From a virus: a stretch of DNA of 46,085 bases. The DNA lies in the IMG/VR virus record IMGVR_UViG_3300005546_000008, positions 1 to 46,085 of that record, one strand, 5' to 3'. Each line of letters starts with the position of its first letter. Positions within the stretch are counted from its first letter, which is position 1. The notes under the pieces were generated by a model, which worked only from the letters and a program-made list of their open reading frames with translations, ran no database searches and was not told the origin of the DNA. Positions 1 through 9,074 of the stretch are shown here, in pieces. Made by a program: the position numbers and the translations under genes.

Positions 1-80
1 TCAGTCTCGGGGGGAATCCAAGAAGCTATAGATGATCTCCCCTCTGCTGGAGGTAAGGTTCTTTGCTCAGCGGGGCGAAC
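1..80. repeat. Terminal direct repeat copy A (80 bp, identical to 46006..46085). Most likely the circular-closure overlap of a complete genome of about 46,005 bp.
   Basis: Bases 1-80 (tcagtctcgggggga...cggggcgaac) recur base for base as the last 80 bases of the window. Positions 1 and 46006 are in the same codon phase, so an ORF reads through the junction. Confidence 0.95.
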
Positions 81-1896
81 ATATTCCCTAAACGGGGGGA
101 ACGCTGCCACTGCCTCCATCTGGCTTCACCCTGGTGTTGAGCTTCATATTCCCGCAGGAACCACCATCCAGCGCGCAACGGGGTCACTCGCTTCCGCTAT
201 AGGGGTTATTTGCGCTAGCCCCAAGGGTAGCAATGGCACAGAGTTTGGGTCCAGCACAACCGGCTCCAACATCTCCATCACAGGGTCGGGAACCATAGAT
301 GGTAACTACTCCGCTTTTGCGGGCAGTGTGGGGCATGGGATTAGAATTAAGTATGTAGATGGGCTTCTCATTGACGGCCCCACCATCATCAACACCAAAC
401 AAGATGGGGTTTATATTGATGGTTGTCGTAACTTCAGAATTTCAAATCTCTTCCTCAACAATATAGGTCAAGCCACCACCGTAACCCAGCGTAATGGGAT
501 GAGTATATACAGCACTGGTAATACCACCGGCTGGGGGCAGCATGGGGCGATCAACAATATAAATATCGTAACTGTTGGTGCTGCTGGGGCAACCGCTGCG
601 GGAGAAGGCATCTCTCTACTTGACGTAGCTGATGTTACTGTATCCAACGTCACAGTGGATGGCTGTGACTACACCCTCGAACTCAACGCCCACAGCACTG
701 ATGCTGAGTGGAACCGCAACCTCACCTTCTCCAACATCGTCAGCAAAAACGCCCGCTTCACCTTCATTGCGCTGCTCGACAACGTGGCCGCAACATGGAG
801 AGATGTGGCGTTCTCTAACTGCACCTTTGAAGGACACTCCACCCTTCACAGTGGGAGCGCGGTTAGAGTCAACGTAAACACTACCGGCACCTTTGACGGA
901 CTCTCCTTCAGCAACATCATCGCCCGTAACATCAACACTGCCGATACCGCTTCCATTGCGTTCTTCCACTATCAGTCTACCACAGGAGCGGGATCAACGG
1001 GACTTAACATCTCCAACTGTAAGTTTTATGGTAAAGCGGGGAGCACTGTTATCACGTGCGCGGGAGTATCCCTAAATGGTGGATTGGCAGATGCCATCAT
1101 CTCCAACACGTTGGTGAAGGATGTTCCCGGTATAGGCTTCAATGTAGGTGGTGTCACCGCTGTCACCTCCACCGCGCGTAATGTGGTGTTCAATGGTTGC
1201 ATCGCTGACACCTGCACGGGGGATGGCTTTAAGGTATCCGCAGGAACCACAGGAACAACTCAGTATGATGTTAACTTCTACAGTTGCATAGCTAAAGATT
1301 GTGGCATAAGCGGAAATAACTCTCGTGGATTCTTCCTCACCACCACAGTGGGAGCGGGAGCTATCGTCCAAGATATCCACCTCGCTGATTGCCGCGCCTA
1401 TAAAACCTCTGGCACCTTCATGCTCTACGGCCTAAACTGTACCGCCTTCGCCGCTTCCACCCTAGGGCCGGTTTATGTGGATGATTGTGACTTCACCGGG
1501 GTTCAAACTGCGGAACTAGTTACCTCTGGTACCATCACCAACCTTCGCTGCACGGGGAAGTTTGTAGGTGCAATCCAAGCTATCCTCGCTGTGGGTAACA
1601 CTATCACCCTCCCTTCCCTCATAAAGGATTGTGTTATCCGCCTCACCGCAGACGGCAACTATACCCTCACTTCTGCCCCCACCCTCGCCAACGGCGGCTT
1701 TGAGGGGCAGGAGATTACCATCATCAACGAGGACACCGCTGAAACAATCACCGTTCAAGATCAAGGCACCCTTGCTTCCTCGAATCTTCGCCTTAGTGGA
1801 GTTAGTGTGGCGCTAGCTCCACGCGATAACATGCGCCTCATATGGAACGGAACCATTGGAGATTGGGTACAGACAGGGTTCCTCAACGTTGTCTAA
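1..1896 (+). CDS. Tailspike or tail fibre with a right-handed beta-helix (pectate-lyase-3-like) domain. This is the 3' part of a gene that starts at 45490 and crosses the circular junction (about 803 aa in total).
   Basis: Frame 1 is open from base 1 up to the track ORF 328..1896. The translated start SVSGGIQEAIDDLPSAGGKVLCSAGRTYSLNGG resembles the entry strand of pectate-lyase-type tailspikes. Repeated beta-helix rungs are present (ISNLFLNNIG, VSNVTVDGC, FSNIVSKN, FSNCTFEG, ISNCKFYG, ISNTLVKD). Confidence 0.8.
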   Translation, partial: SVSGGIQEAIDDLPSAGGKVLCSAGRTYSLNGGNAATASIWLHPGVELHIPAGTTIQRATGSLASAIGVICASPKGSNGTEFGSSTTGSNISITGSGTIDGNYSAFAGSVGHGIRIKYVDGLLIDGPTIINTKQDGVYIDGCRNFRISNLFLNNIGQATTVTQRNGMSIYSTGNTTGWGQHGAINNINIVTVGAAGATAAGEGISLLDVADVTVSNVTVDGCDYTLELNAHSTDAEWNRNLTFSNIVSKNARFTFIALLDNVAATWRDVAFSNCTFEGHSTLHSGSAVRVNVNTTGTFDGLSFSNIIARNINTADTASIAFFHYQSTTGAGSTGLNISNCKFYGKAGSTVITCAGVSLNGGLADAIISNTLVKDVPGIGFNVGGVTAVTSTARNVVFNGCIADTCTGDGFKVSAGTTGTTQYDVNFYSCIAKDCGISGNNSRGFFLTTTVGAGAIVQDIHLADCRAYKTSGTFMLYGLNCTAFAASTLGPVYVDDCDFTGVQTAELVTSGTITNLRCTGKFVGAIQAILAVGNTITLPSLIKDCVIRLTADGNYTLTSAPTLANGGFEGQEITIINEDTAETITVQDQGTLASSNLRLSGVSVALAPRDNMRLIWNGTIGDWVQTGFLNVV

Positions 1897-3985
1897 GATT
1901 AAAGTCCCCATCCCCATCAACAGCGGCATCAACACCCAAGCCACGCCCACCCAGCGTGCCCTCACCAAGCTACGCAATGCGCGTAATGCCTACTACAAGC
2001 GCGACGATATGACGCTTAGGAGGAGAGCGGATATCACTGATGTGGGGGCGGGCGTGCTTGATCCTGCTTTCTTCACCCCCCGCAACTGCACCTTTTTCGC
2101 TGATACAGATAAGACGTTTAGGAAGTTTGTATACTCCGTTGACGCTACAGCAGGAGGCTTCACCACGGGCACCCTCGCCGCCACCAACGTTGAATCACCC
2201 GGAGCATTCGACCCCATCGGCTTGAATCAGATGGGCACAGGGGGGTACCTAGGAATACGCCGTCCCACTCAATACAACAACATCCTCTACTGGCCTTCTC
2301 TCCCCAACAGCGCAGGCTTGGTGGGTGCACCTGTGGCGTGGAATGGGATTACGAGTGATGTGCGCGAGGCGGGGATTGACGTTCAACAGCATGGGGTAGC
2401 TACTACAACCTATACCATCAACGTCGCAGGAGCGGGGGCGCTCACCTTCGTCACAGGCCGCCGCTACGCTTACACCCTCTATGATAGCGTTAACGATGTT
2501 AAGAGTATGCCCGCAAACGATGGCGTCACCCTTCGTACCGTAACCACAGGAGTTATAGCGGGTAAGGTTCCTGTTGTAACCATCACATGGGGGGCCATTG
2601 ACCCTAACCTAGCTAATGTCAACAACAATCACGACAGCGTTCGCTTCTACGCCACCACCGATGGGGGAGTAACCTTCTACTTCCACTCTCAAGTAACCAT
2701 CACCCCCGACGCCAACACAGTTGGTGCCACCGCTGTCCTCACCGACTCCATGCCTGACTCAACTCTAGTTGCGGGCGAGGTGCTTGATTATCTCTCCCCG
2801 CCTCCGCCTGCTAAGTTCTTTGCTAAGTTTGAGAATAAACTTGTCGCAGGCGGCACCACCACTGCAAACGCAAGTTTGGGTAACGTCACTGGCGAAGGTG
2901 TGGTGGGTAACGTCCTCTACTACTCCCTCACCGACCAACCCGAAATGTGGCCACGCAACTTAGTATTCAGGAGTGACTTCAACGCCATCCCCTTTAAGGA
3001 TCAAGATGGGGATGAGCTTCAGGGAGCGATACAGGTTAATAGGGTGCTGCTGGTGGGGTTGCAAAATAGTGTATGGACAATCAACCACCTCCCCATAGTA
3101 GGAGTTGATCCCCTCTTCGACTTCAGCACCCTCAAGGACCGCATCAGTGACACCCACGGCTTCATCTCTGCCTATGCCTACGAGAATCTCAAGCTGAGTG
3201 ATGATGAGGATGCAGCGTTCTATGTGTCGCAGCGCGGCTTTCACCTCAACAACGGAAGCGTGGATAAACTAGTAAGCAACGATATCCAATGGGATGACAC
3301 TATCTACAACTCCTCTCAGTCTAGCTTAGTGCACGTCATCAATGACACTTCCAACTTCATCATCATCATAGGCTTCCCCAGCGTGGACAGTGACGTAGTT
3401 GATAGCGCGTATGTGTACCACTATCATCCCTCCCACCTTGGTGAGGATGGAGTTGGAGTGGTAACAGGTCCGTGGGATTACCCCCTAGCATGCTCCACCC
3501 TTGTGTTGCGCGCCGATAACACTCGCGAAGTGTGGGGGATTACTAACTCCACCACCGTTGACAACATTATTGTGAAGATTAAAGGAACCACAGGCTACGA
3601 CTACTCAGGAAGCGCCATCCCTTTCGAGTGGGAAACAGGCTGGGTGAAGATGGCAGACGACGCTGCTGCGCGTTTGCGTGAAATCAACTTCACCATAGAG
3701 GAGGCGGATTCCAACTCCATTGCGCTTGGTGTCTCCACCATCTCCCAAGTAATCCCCAAAGTTACCCCCCTCCAATTCAACACTAACGGTGCAGCACTCA
3801 AAGTGCTGTGGGATGATGATAACATCACTGTGCGCCAGATAACAGGAGGTGGGGTTGAGGTGCAGCAAGGCCCCCGCACCCTAACTATCACCTCCACCGA
3901 CCGCGCTGTGGTGAGCGTCACGGCTGATGCTGAAGTGTATGGTGAAGATAAAAACCTTGCCGACGGAAGCATGATCGAATCCTAA
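1889..3985 (+). CDS. Tail tubular protein B / nozzle-like protein (T7 gp12-like)
   Basis: A TTG at 1889 overlaps the tailspike stop (1894-1896). The N-terminus SKIKVPIPINSGINTQATPTQR resembles the gp12 N-terminus (GGISQQP type). The internal FENKLVAGG and DGDELQGAIQVNRVLLVG segments resemble the gp12 FRNRLGF and IDVAVSTNRIAIL segments. Size and position next to a gp11-like gene also fit. The track's longest ORF starts at 1856. Confidence 0.5.
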   Translation: MSKIKVPIPINSGINTQATPTQRALTKLRNARNAYYKRDDMTLRRRADITDVGAGVLDPAFFTPRNCTFFADTDKTFRKFVYSVDATAGGFTTGTLAATNVESPGAFDPIGLNQMGTGGYLGIRRPTQYNNILYWPSLPNSAGLVGAPVAWNGITSDVREAGIDVQQHGVATTTYTINVAGAGALTFVTGRRYAYTLYDSVNDVKSMPANDGVTLRTVTTGVIAGKVPVVTITWGAIDPNLANVNNNHDSVRFYATTDGGVTFYFHSQVTITPDANTVGATAVLTDSMPDSTLVAGEVLDYLSPPPPAKFFAKFENKLVAGGTTTANASLGNVTGEGVVGNVLYYSLTDQPEMWPRNLVFRSDFNAIPFKDQDGDELQGAIQVNRVLLVGLQNSVWTINHLPIVGVDPLFDFSTLKDRISDTHGFISAYAYENLKLSDDEDAAFYVSQRGFHLNNGSVDKLVSNDIQWDDTIYNSSQSSLVHVINDTSNFIIIIGFPSVDSDVVDSAYVYHYHPSHLGEDGVGVVTGPWDYPLACSTLVLRADNTREVWGITNSTTVDNIIVKIKGTTGYDYSGSAIPFEWETGWVKMADDAAARLREINFTIEEADSNSIALGVSTISQVIPKVTPLQFNTNGAALKVLWDDDNITVRQITGGGVEVQQGPRTLTITSTDRAVVSVTADAEVYGEDKNLADGSMIES

Positions 3986-5247
3986 TGGCTACTCCTCCTC
4001 TACTTCGCAAGTTAGGGCGGGCTGAGCGGGCACTGCGCCCCCATAATATCGCTCACCAGATTGACCAGATTAGAGCCAAGGTGGATGAGCTTGTGCAGGC
4101 GCTTGCTAACCTCAACCTCAACGTCACAGGCTCAAGTGGGGGCACCGCCCCCATGGTGGGGCATGCGGCGTGGACGGGGAACTACTCCACCGCTAGCGCA
4201 GATGGGGCGCTTGACACCTACATTAGAAGTGACAGTACCCTTAAGTATCCTCCCGCGCTAGGCACCCCTACAAGGGTAGTGTCGCTTAGTAACGATGGAA
4301 CTGAAGGCGCACTCCTCACCGCCGATAACAGTTTTGCCGCAAACTCCCTTGCGCTGAAAGCCCCCAACGCCACCAACACGTTGAGGGTGGGGAAGTATGG
4401 GAACCTAGCATTAGCGGGGACAGCGCTTAGTGATACTGCACTATTAAACTTTACCAAATCCTATGATGAGTCCGCCGCCACCCCAAGCTCTATTAATGCA
4501 ACCATGACTAATACAAATGTTGGCACAGCTTCGGGGGCAATTATAGGTATAGTAGCTAACATAATAGCTTCCATGACCACGGCGGGAGCATCATCCACTA
4601 ATCCAGCGCTTGGAACAAATATAATCGTCACGGGTGGAGCAATTGGTAATAATAATTTCCGCGGTTCTATAATCGTACACCGTGCAGCTTCTATAGCTCA
4701 AAGTCAAACAGCGGGGACAGCAACAGTCCCACTTATGGTTAACTTCCAATCTGGTAGTACCGCTACTGGTGCCTTCAATGTCACCCGTTCCGCTGTTACT
4801 GACGCGGCTAACTTCTACGCCCGCAGCGGTGTGCTTAGCTTTAGCGGCACCCTAACCAACCTCTACGGCCTCCTTGTTGACCCCCTCACCATAGGGACTA
4901 ACCGTTACGGAGTTAATGTAGCGGCTATCACTGGGGGAACCATTGCTACAGGAGTTGAAGTAGCTACCCACAGCGGTGGCACCACTCGCCGCTCCTTCAG
5001 AGGAGGCAACACCTTCGAGTGTACCACTCAAGACTTCTTCTGCTCCACCACAGCTAAAGGGTTAATGTGTAAAGATTCCCAAGGCACCGCTGAATATTGG
5101 CGCACCTACATTGACTCCACCGGCACCAAAGACATGACCATGACTGTGGATAGCACAGGGTTTGCATCCTTCACTCGCGCCGCATCTGCCACCGGGGATG
5201 TGCTGCTTAAAGTTATTGACACCGGCACCACCGCTCCAACAACTTAG
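3985..5247 (+). CDS. Tail fibre-like structural protein
   Basis: TAATG stop-start overlap with the upstream gene. The N-terminus is helical or coiled-coil (IDQIRAKVDELVQALANLN). The rest is a long Gly/Ala/Thr/Ser/Asn-rich beta-type sequence. It lies in the tail module. Confidence 0.4.
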   Translation: MATPPLLRKLGRAERALRPHNIAHQIDQIRAKVDELVQALANLNLNVTGSSGGTAPMVGHAAWTGNYSTASADGALDTYIRSDSTLKYPPALGTPTRVVSLSNDGTEGALLTADNSFAANSLALKAPNATNTLRVGKYGNLALAGTALSDTALLNFTKSYDESAATPSSINATMTNTNVGTASGAIIGIVANIIASMTTAGASSTNPALGTNIIVTGGAIGNNNFRGSIIVHRAASIAQSQTAGTATVPLMVNFQSGSTATGAFNVTRSAVTDAANFYARSGVLSFSGTLTNLYGLLVDPLTIGTNRYGVNVAAITGGTIATGVEVATHSGGTTRRSFRGGNTFECTTQDFFCSTTAKGLMCKDSQGTAEYWRTYIDSTGTKDMTMTVDSTGFASFTRAASATGDVLLKVIDTGTTAPTT

Positions 5248-5257
5248 AGGATAACGT

Positions 5258-5812
5258 GTGGCTATCATCATTTCCCGCGCAGTTGGGGTGGACACCACAG
5301 CCAATCAGCCCGCTGCCGCAACTGCTAACAGACTCTACGTCCACACCACAAGTGGGAGCAAACTCTACCTCCCCGAGATCGATGATGGCGCAGCGTGGCA
5401 ACCTTGGCGTGCCAACTTCGCTTACTGTATGTTCGCTGTTCACACCACCGCTGCAACATGGAATGTGGACCCTGGAGGGATTGGAACCTATCTCTCCTTC
5501 GATACCACTAATCAAGCTAACCTCCACAACCTCGACTTCACACGTTTCCGGCAGGGTAGGATTATTGCAAGGTGCAGCAACAGCGCCCTCTCTTCTGGGT
5601 CCATCTTGGTTAAGATAGTTGACATCACCAACACTCAAGATTTAACCCCCGCTGTGACGTTTCTTGCAAACGGATTATGGGCCACACGGGTCTCTGCGTG
5701 GCAGGCGCTTAACTCCGCAACCTACGCGGGGGATGCAGTTTTTGAAATCCAAGGGTTATCTGGAATGGGTGATGCGCTTGCTGTTGGAACTATAGCCCTT
5801 GAACTTCGTTAA
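5258..5812 (+). CDS. Hypothetical structural protein (tail fibre module)
   Basis: 184-aa ORF with a GTG start. The NRLYVHTTSGSKLYLPEIDDGAAWQPW motif resembles the LY-x-TDT-x-LY-x-DG-x-W motif common in phage minor tail and fibre proteins. Confidence 0.4.
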   Translation: MAIIISRAVGVDTTANQPAAATANRLYVHTTSGSKLYLPEIDDGAAWQPWRANFAYCMFAVHTTAATWNVDPGGIGTYLSFDTTNQANLHNLDFTRFRQGRIIARCSNSALSSGSILVKIVDITNTQDLTPAVTFLANGLWATRVSAWQALNSATYAGDAVFEIQGLSGMGDALAVGTIALELR

Positions 5813-5830
5813 CTAATTGGAGCTTCGCTA

Positions 5831-6055
5831 ATGGCAAAGTTAGTCCTCACTTTGGATCTTCAGCAGGATAATGGCACTAGCATTATCAAAGGCACTCAAA
5901 CTAAACCTTCCTTTACAAGCGCCGACTTTGAGCTTGTGCGAGGTTTTCTAGTGGGCCAAGCACTCTCCAACCTCCTCAAGATGCAGGGGTGGAGAGCGGA
6001 CAATACCATCACTCTATCTGGTGAACCCATAACCCTCACTATAAGTAGTCTCTAG
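5831..6055 (+). CDS. Hypothetical protein (tail module)
   Basis: 74-aa ORF packed tightly between co-oriented genes. Confidence 0.45.
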   Translation: MAKLVLTLDLQQDNGTSIIKGTQTKPSFTSADFELVRGFLVGQALSNLLKMQGWRADNTITLSGEPITLTISSL

Positions 6056-6057
6056 AC

Positions 6058-6588
6058 ATGGCCTACCATCATCTCTACAACGACGGCTTCTCCTTCTCTC
6101 AAACCTCCATCGCAAGCGGCGACACCATCTCCAACACCAACGTCGCTACCTCCTTCGCCACCGGATTCACCCTGCGAGATGGCGCACTCGCCGATGGACG
6201 TAGTATTAAAATCCACGCCGCTTTCCGCGTCTCCACCACTGGCACTCCCACACTAGGCCTTAAACTCTTTGCCAATCAACAGACTGTCGCTCTGCTCACC
6301 TTCACCGCGTGGACGCTGGGCAATAACCTTTCCGCCACTCTCATCACCCTCAACGGGCACATCACCACCACAGGTTATGGTAAGTCTGCCACAAACAAGT
6401 GTGTGGGGATTGTGGATGACATCGGCTCAAACATCCGCACCGCTTCCACCGTTCCCAGCATTGACCCCCAACTCTATCGCGCCGACCTCTCGCAGATATG
6501 GACTATGCAAGCAACCTTCAGCGCACAAGACCCCGCCAACATCATCGTGATGCATCAGTTTGATCTGCATCAGTATACCTCCACCTAA
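6058..6588 (+). CDS. Hypothetical beta-rich structural protein (tail fibre module)
   Basis: 176-aa ORF that starts 2 nt after the upstream stop. Its Thr/Ser/Asn-rich composition is typical of fibre distal domains. Confidence 0.45.
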   Translation: MAYHHLYNDGFSFSQTSIASGDTISNTNVATSFATGFTLRDGALADGRSIKIHAAFRVSTTGTPTLGLKLFANQQTVALLTFTAWTLGNNLSATLITLNGHITTTGYGKSATNKCVGIVDDIGSNIRTASTVPSIDPQLYRADLSQIWTMQATFSAQDPANIIVMHQFDLHQYTST

Positions 6589-6589
6589 T

Positions 6590-6775
6590 ATGAATCAAGT
6601 TAAGCTCGACATAGACTTCCTCCTAGCCACCATCGGCTCTCTCCACTTCCAAATCTCTCAGCTTCGCGCTGAGCTACAGGAGATACGTGAGCGACCCCAA
6701 ACCGACGCTGAAGCTGAAACTGCGCCCCGCAAACGAAGCAGAACTCCCGTTCATCCACCTAGCGACAACGAATGA
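6590..6775 (+). CDS. Hypothetical small coiled-coil protein
   Basis: The ATG at 6590 follows the upstream TAA (6586-6588) by 1 nt (MNQVKLDIDFLLATIGSLHFQISQLRAELQEIRE...). Its 3' end overlaps the GNAT gene by 89 nt. Confidence 0.35.
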   Translation: MNQVKLDIDFLLATIGSLHFQISQLRAELQEIRERPQTDAEAETAPRKRSRTPVHPPSDNE

Positions 6776-7181
6776 GCCTTATTTCTACCACATCGATAGC
6801 TCACTCATAAGCTTCAGGGAATTCTTAGACTACGACATCAAGTGGTATGTTGCGGTGGATGATGATGGGGAGTGTTACGCGGCAGCATCGTTTGGCTTCA
6901 TTGATTGGATTAATAGGAGTGCAGGGATTGGGTTGGTGGTGCTTCCTAGCAAGAGGAGATTGGGTGTGGCTACACAATGCTTGGAACTTATAACTAAGCT
7001 AGGTTTCAAAACGTTAGGCCTGCACCGCCTCTGGGCCACCATCGTTGAAGATAATCGTGTGGTGTGGGAGGGAATGAAACGGTTTGGCTGGGAACATTGC
7101 GGGCGCTTCAAAGAATCCCAGCTACTTGATGGTAAATGGACTAATAGAGTTATATTCGAGTTAATCAACAAGGAAGGATAA
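6687..7181 (+). CDS. GNAT-family N-acetyltransferase (RimJ/RimL-like)
   Basis: GTG start with an AGGAG Shine-Dalgarno 5 nt upstream. LKLRPANEAELPF is a typical N-terminal strand. RRLGVATQCLELITKLGF is an acetyl-CoA-binding R/Q-x-x-G-x-A/G-type segment. The C-terminus reads LHRLWATIVEDNRVVWEGMKRFGWEHCGRFKES. Confidence 0.7.
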   Translation: MSDPKPTLKLKLRPANEAELPFIHLATTNEPYFYHIDSSLISFREFLDYDIKWYVAVDDDGECYAAASFGFIDWINRSAGIGLVVLPSKRRLGVATQCLELITKLGFKTLGLHRLWATIVEDNRVVWEGMKRFGWEHCGRFKESQLLDGKWTNRVIFELINKEG

Positions 7182-7182
7182 C

Positions 7183-7797
7183 ATGGGAGCAGCGGCAGGG
7201 TTAGGAGCGGCTGGACAGGTTATTGGACTCACGGGTGGTGAGCGCGGGCGCAAGGGAGCTAAGCGAGGATTCAAGCAGGCTGCGGGAGAGTTTCAATCAC
7301 CCGCTTCACTCACTAGTAGTGGTGCCGCGTACCCTCTCTTCGGCACAAAGGATGCGAGTGTATTTCAGAACCTTGGTGCGCTGCTGAGCGGAAACTCCCT
7401 TGACGAACTTCAGCCCGCGCTGAGGAGTGCTGACATTGGTGGCCGCAACCAACAGCGTGCCTTCGCTGGTAATCTTGCTCGCAGTGGCCTCACTGGAAGC
7501 GGATTTGGTTTGGGCAACAATCAAGCCATCGCAAATCAGACTGATGTTAATAAGAGTAACATCCTCGCACAACTCCCAGCACTTCGGCGTGAGAATCTAG
7601 CAGCGGCGCTTCCCTACTTCCAAACCTTCATGGCTGATATAGCGCGTAGGCAGAGTGGGCGTGCGGGGATTAAGGAACGTAGCGCAGGCACCAATGCTGC
7701 TGCTAAGACTCAATCCTCAAACAACATGGGCAACGCGGTGAGTAGTGGTGGTATGGGTAAGGTTGGTGGTAAGGGTGGCGGGGGAGGATCAGTATAA
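7183..7797 (+). CDS. Gly-rich virion protein (internal or ejection protein candidate)
   Basis: 204 aa. Gly/Ala-rich N-terminus and a GGMGKVGGKGGGGGSV tail. Assignment to the internal virion proteins is by position only. Confidence 0.35.
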   Translation: MGAAAGLGAAGQVIGLTGGERGRKGAKRGFKQAAGEFQSPASLTSSGAAYPLFGTKDASVFQNLGALLSGNSLDELQPALRSADIGGRNQQRAFAGNLARSGLTGSGFGLGNNQAIANQTDVNKSNILAQLPALRRENLAAALPYFQTFMADIARRQSGRAGIKERSAGTNAAAKTQSSNNMGNAVSSGGMGKVGGKGGGGGSV

Positions 7798-7799
7798 GT

Positions 7800-9074
7800 A
7801 TGCCCGATCAATTTGGTAATCCCACTTTCAAAGACCTCTTCGAAGACCCAGAGGTGCTTAGGAGATTGTATAACAATCCCTCGCGCCAACCTTCTCCCCT
7901 TGAGGAAGCATTCAACTACTCCGCTCCCGCACAAGTCCCCCTTCCTAGCCCACTTTCCCAAGATGAGCGCATTGCGGGACGTGCTGCAATCACTAGCGGA
8001 GGTTTAACTGACCTCGCGGGGATATATCTTGGGCAGGCCCCCCAAGGTCGCAGCGAGGCGGCTTTACAAAATTATGCTGGGCAGTTCCGTGCCGTTGAAG
8101 ATAAGACTCGCGCAGTACAATCTTTTAATGCTCAGCAAGAAAATCAGTTTGGGAGAGAATCGCAGAGGCAGCAGTTTTTGTCTGCTCAACTTGCTGAGAA
8201 GCAGGCGGCGATTACTGCGCGTACAGGTGAGAAGATTGATTCACAAACTGAGGAAGCTAAGCGCAATAGGGAAGCCGCTGACACCCGCGCTGAAGCTGAT
8301 AGAAAGGCGCGGGTAGATTTAGAGAATCAAAAGTTTGAGCATGATAAGCAGCTTGAGTCAATGAAAGAATCTGCGCGGATAAAGGAAGCCACTGCTAAAG
8401 GTAATCCTGCTGCTGATAAAGTTGCTGCCCAATATCAAGACACCGCCGCTCGCATTGACCAAGCCCGCAAGCAGCTTGATATTATGAAGGCTCATTATGA
8501 GAGCGCACTAGGTATATCCCCCGCATCCAAGGGGCAACCCACCAAGAGTCGTGGGGTAAGTGGATTCGCTGGGGCTGAGCTTCAGGAGCACCCTTCAGTA
8601 TCATGGATGAGTGGATACTTGGGGCAGGGTGGTAAGGATGCCCAGCTTCATGAAACCTACAGAGGGTCACTCGCTACATCTCTTGCCCCCCTCCTGAGTG
8701 GAAGTAAGCGGGCTGTTATAGGAGTGTTGCAGGCCATCAAACCCACCCTCCCCGCCTTCCGCGATGAACCCAGTGTGGCGGCGGAGAAGTATAAGAACGT
8801 TCAGATGCTCCTCGATATCAGCGGAAGCCTCCCCGGTGCGAATCCCCAACAGCGTGCCGCAGCTAGGGCAGCGTTGAGGGAGAAGATTATTTCCTTCGCC
8901 ACCGACCCCAACGTGAAAGCTAACATGATGCGGGCATTCGCCGCCGCAGACGCCGACCTAGATAAAGATGAAATTGCTGCACCTGTAGTGGGACAACGTG
9001 TACCTTCCCCTCCTCCCCCACCTCCTGGCACTGACTCCTTTGAAGAGCGCCTACGCAAAATAGAGAATAAGTAG
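7800..9074 (+). CDS. Internal virion / ejection protein candidate (coiled-coil rich)
   Basis: 424 aa. Long charged coiled-coil segment (QQENQFGRESQRQQFLSAQLAEKQAAITARTGEKIDSQTEEAKRNREAADTRAEADRKARVDLEN) and a poly-Pro stretch near the C-terminus. Assignment is by position in the tail/internal protein block. Confidence 0.35.
   Translation: MPDQFGNPTFKDLFEDPEVLRRLYNNPSRQPSPLEEAFNYSAPAQVPLPSPLSQDERIAGRAAITSGGLTDLAGIYLGQAPQGRSEAALQNYAGQFRAVEDKTRAVQSFNAQQENQFGRESQRQQFLSAQLAEKQAAITARTGEKIDSQTEEAKRNREAADTRAEADRKARVDLENQKFEHDKQLESMKESARIKEATAKGNPAADKVAAQYQDTAARIDQARKQLDIMKAHYESALGISPASKGQPTKSRGVSGFAGAELQEHPSVSWMSGYLGQGGKDAQLHETYRGSLATSLAPLLSGSKRAVIGVLQAIKPTLPAFRDEPSVAAEKYKNVQMLLDISGSLPGANPQQRAAARAALREKIISFATDPNVKANMMRAFAAADADLDKDEIAAPVVGQRVPSPPPPPPGTDSFEERLRKIENK

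Noticed and set aside
1-80. The 80-bp terminal repeat read as a genuine T7-style direct terminal repeat of the virion DNA
   Set aside because: The repeat lies inside the tailspike coding sequence and keeps the reading frame. That is what an assembler's circular overlap produces. Physical direct terminal repeats are normally intergenic. I cannot exclude it without read-terminus data.
4207-4224. TTGACA ... TACATT inside the fibre gene, and TTGACA sites at 42034 and 22490, as additional promoters
   Set aside because: The spacing between the hexamers is wrong: 2 nt at 4207 and 13 nt to TATAAG at 42034. The 22490 site points against the direction of the surrounding genes.
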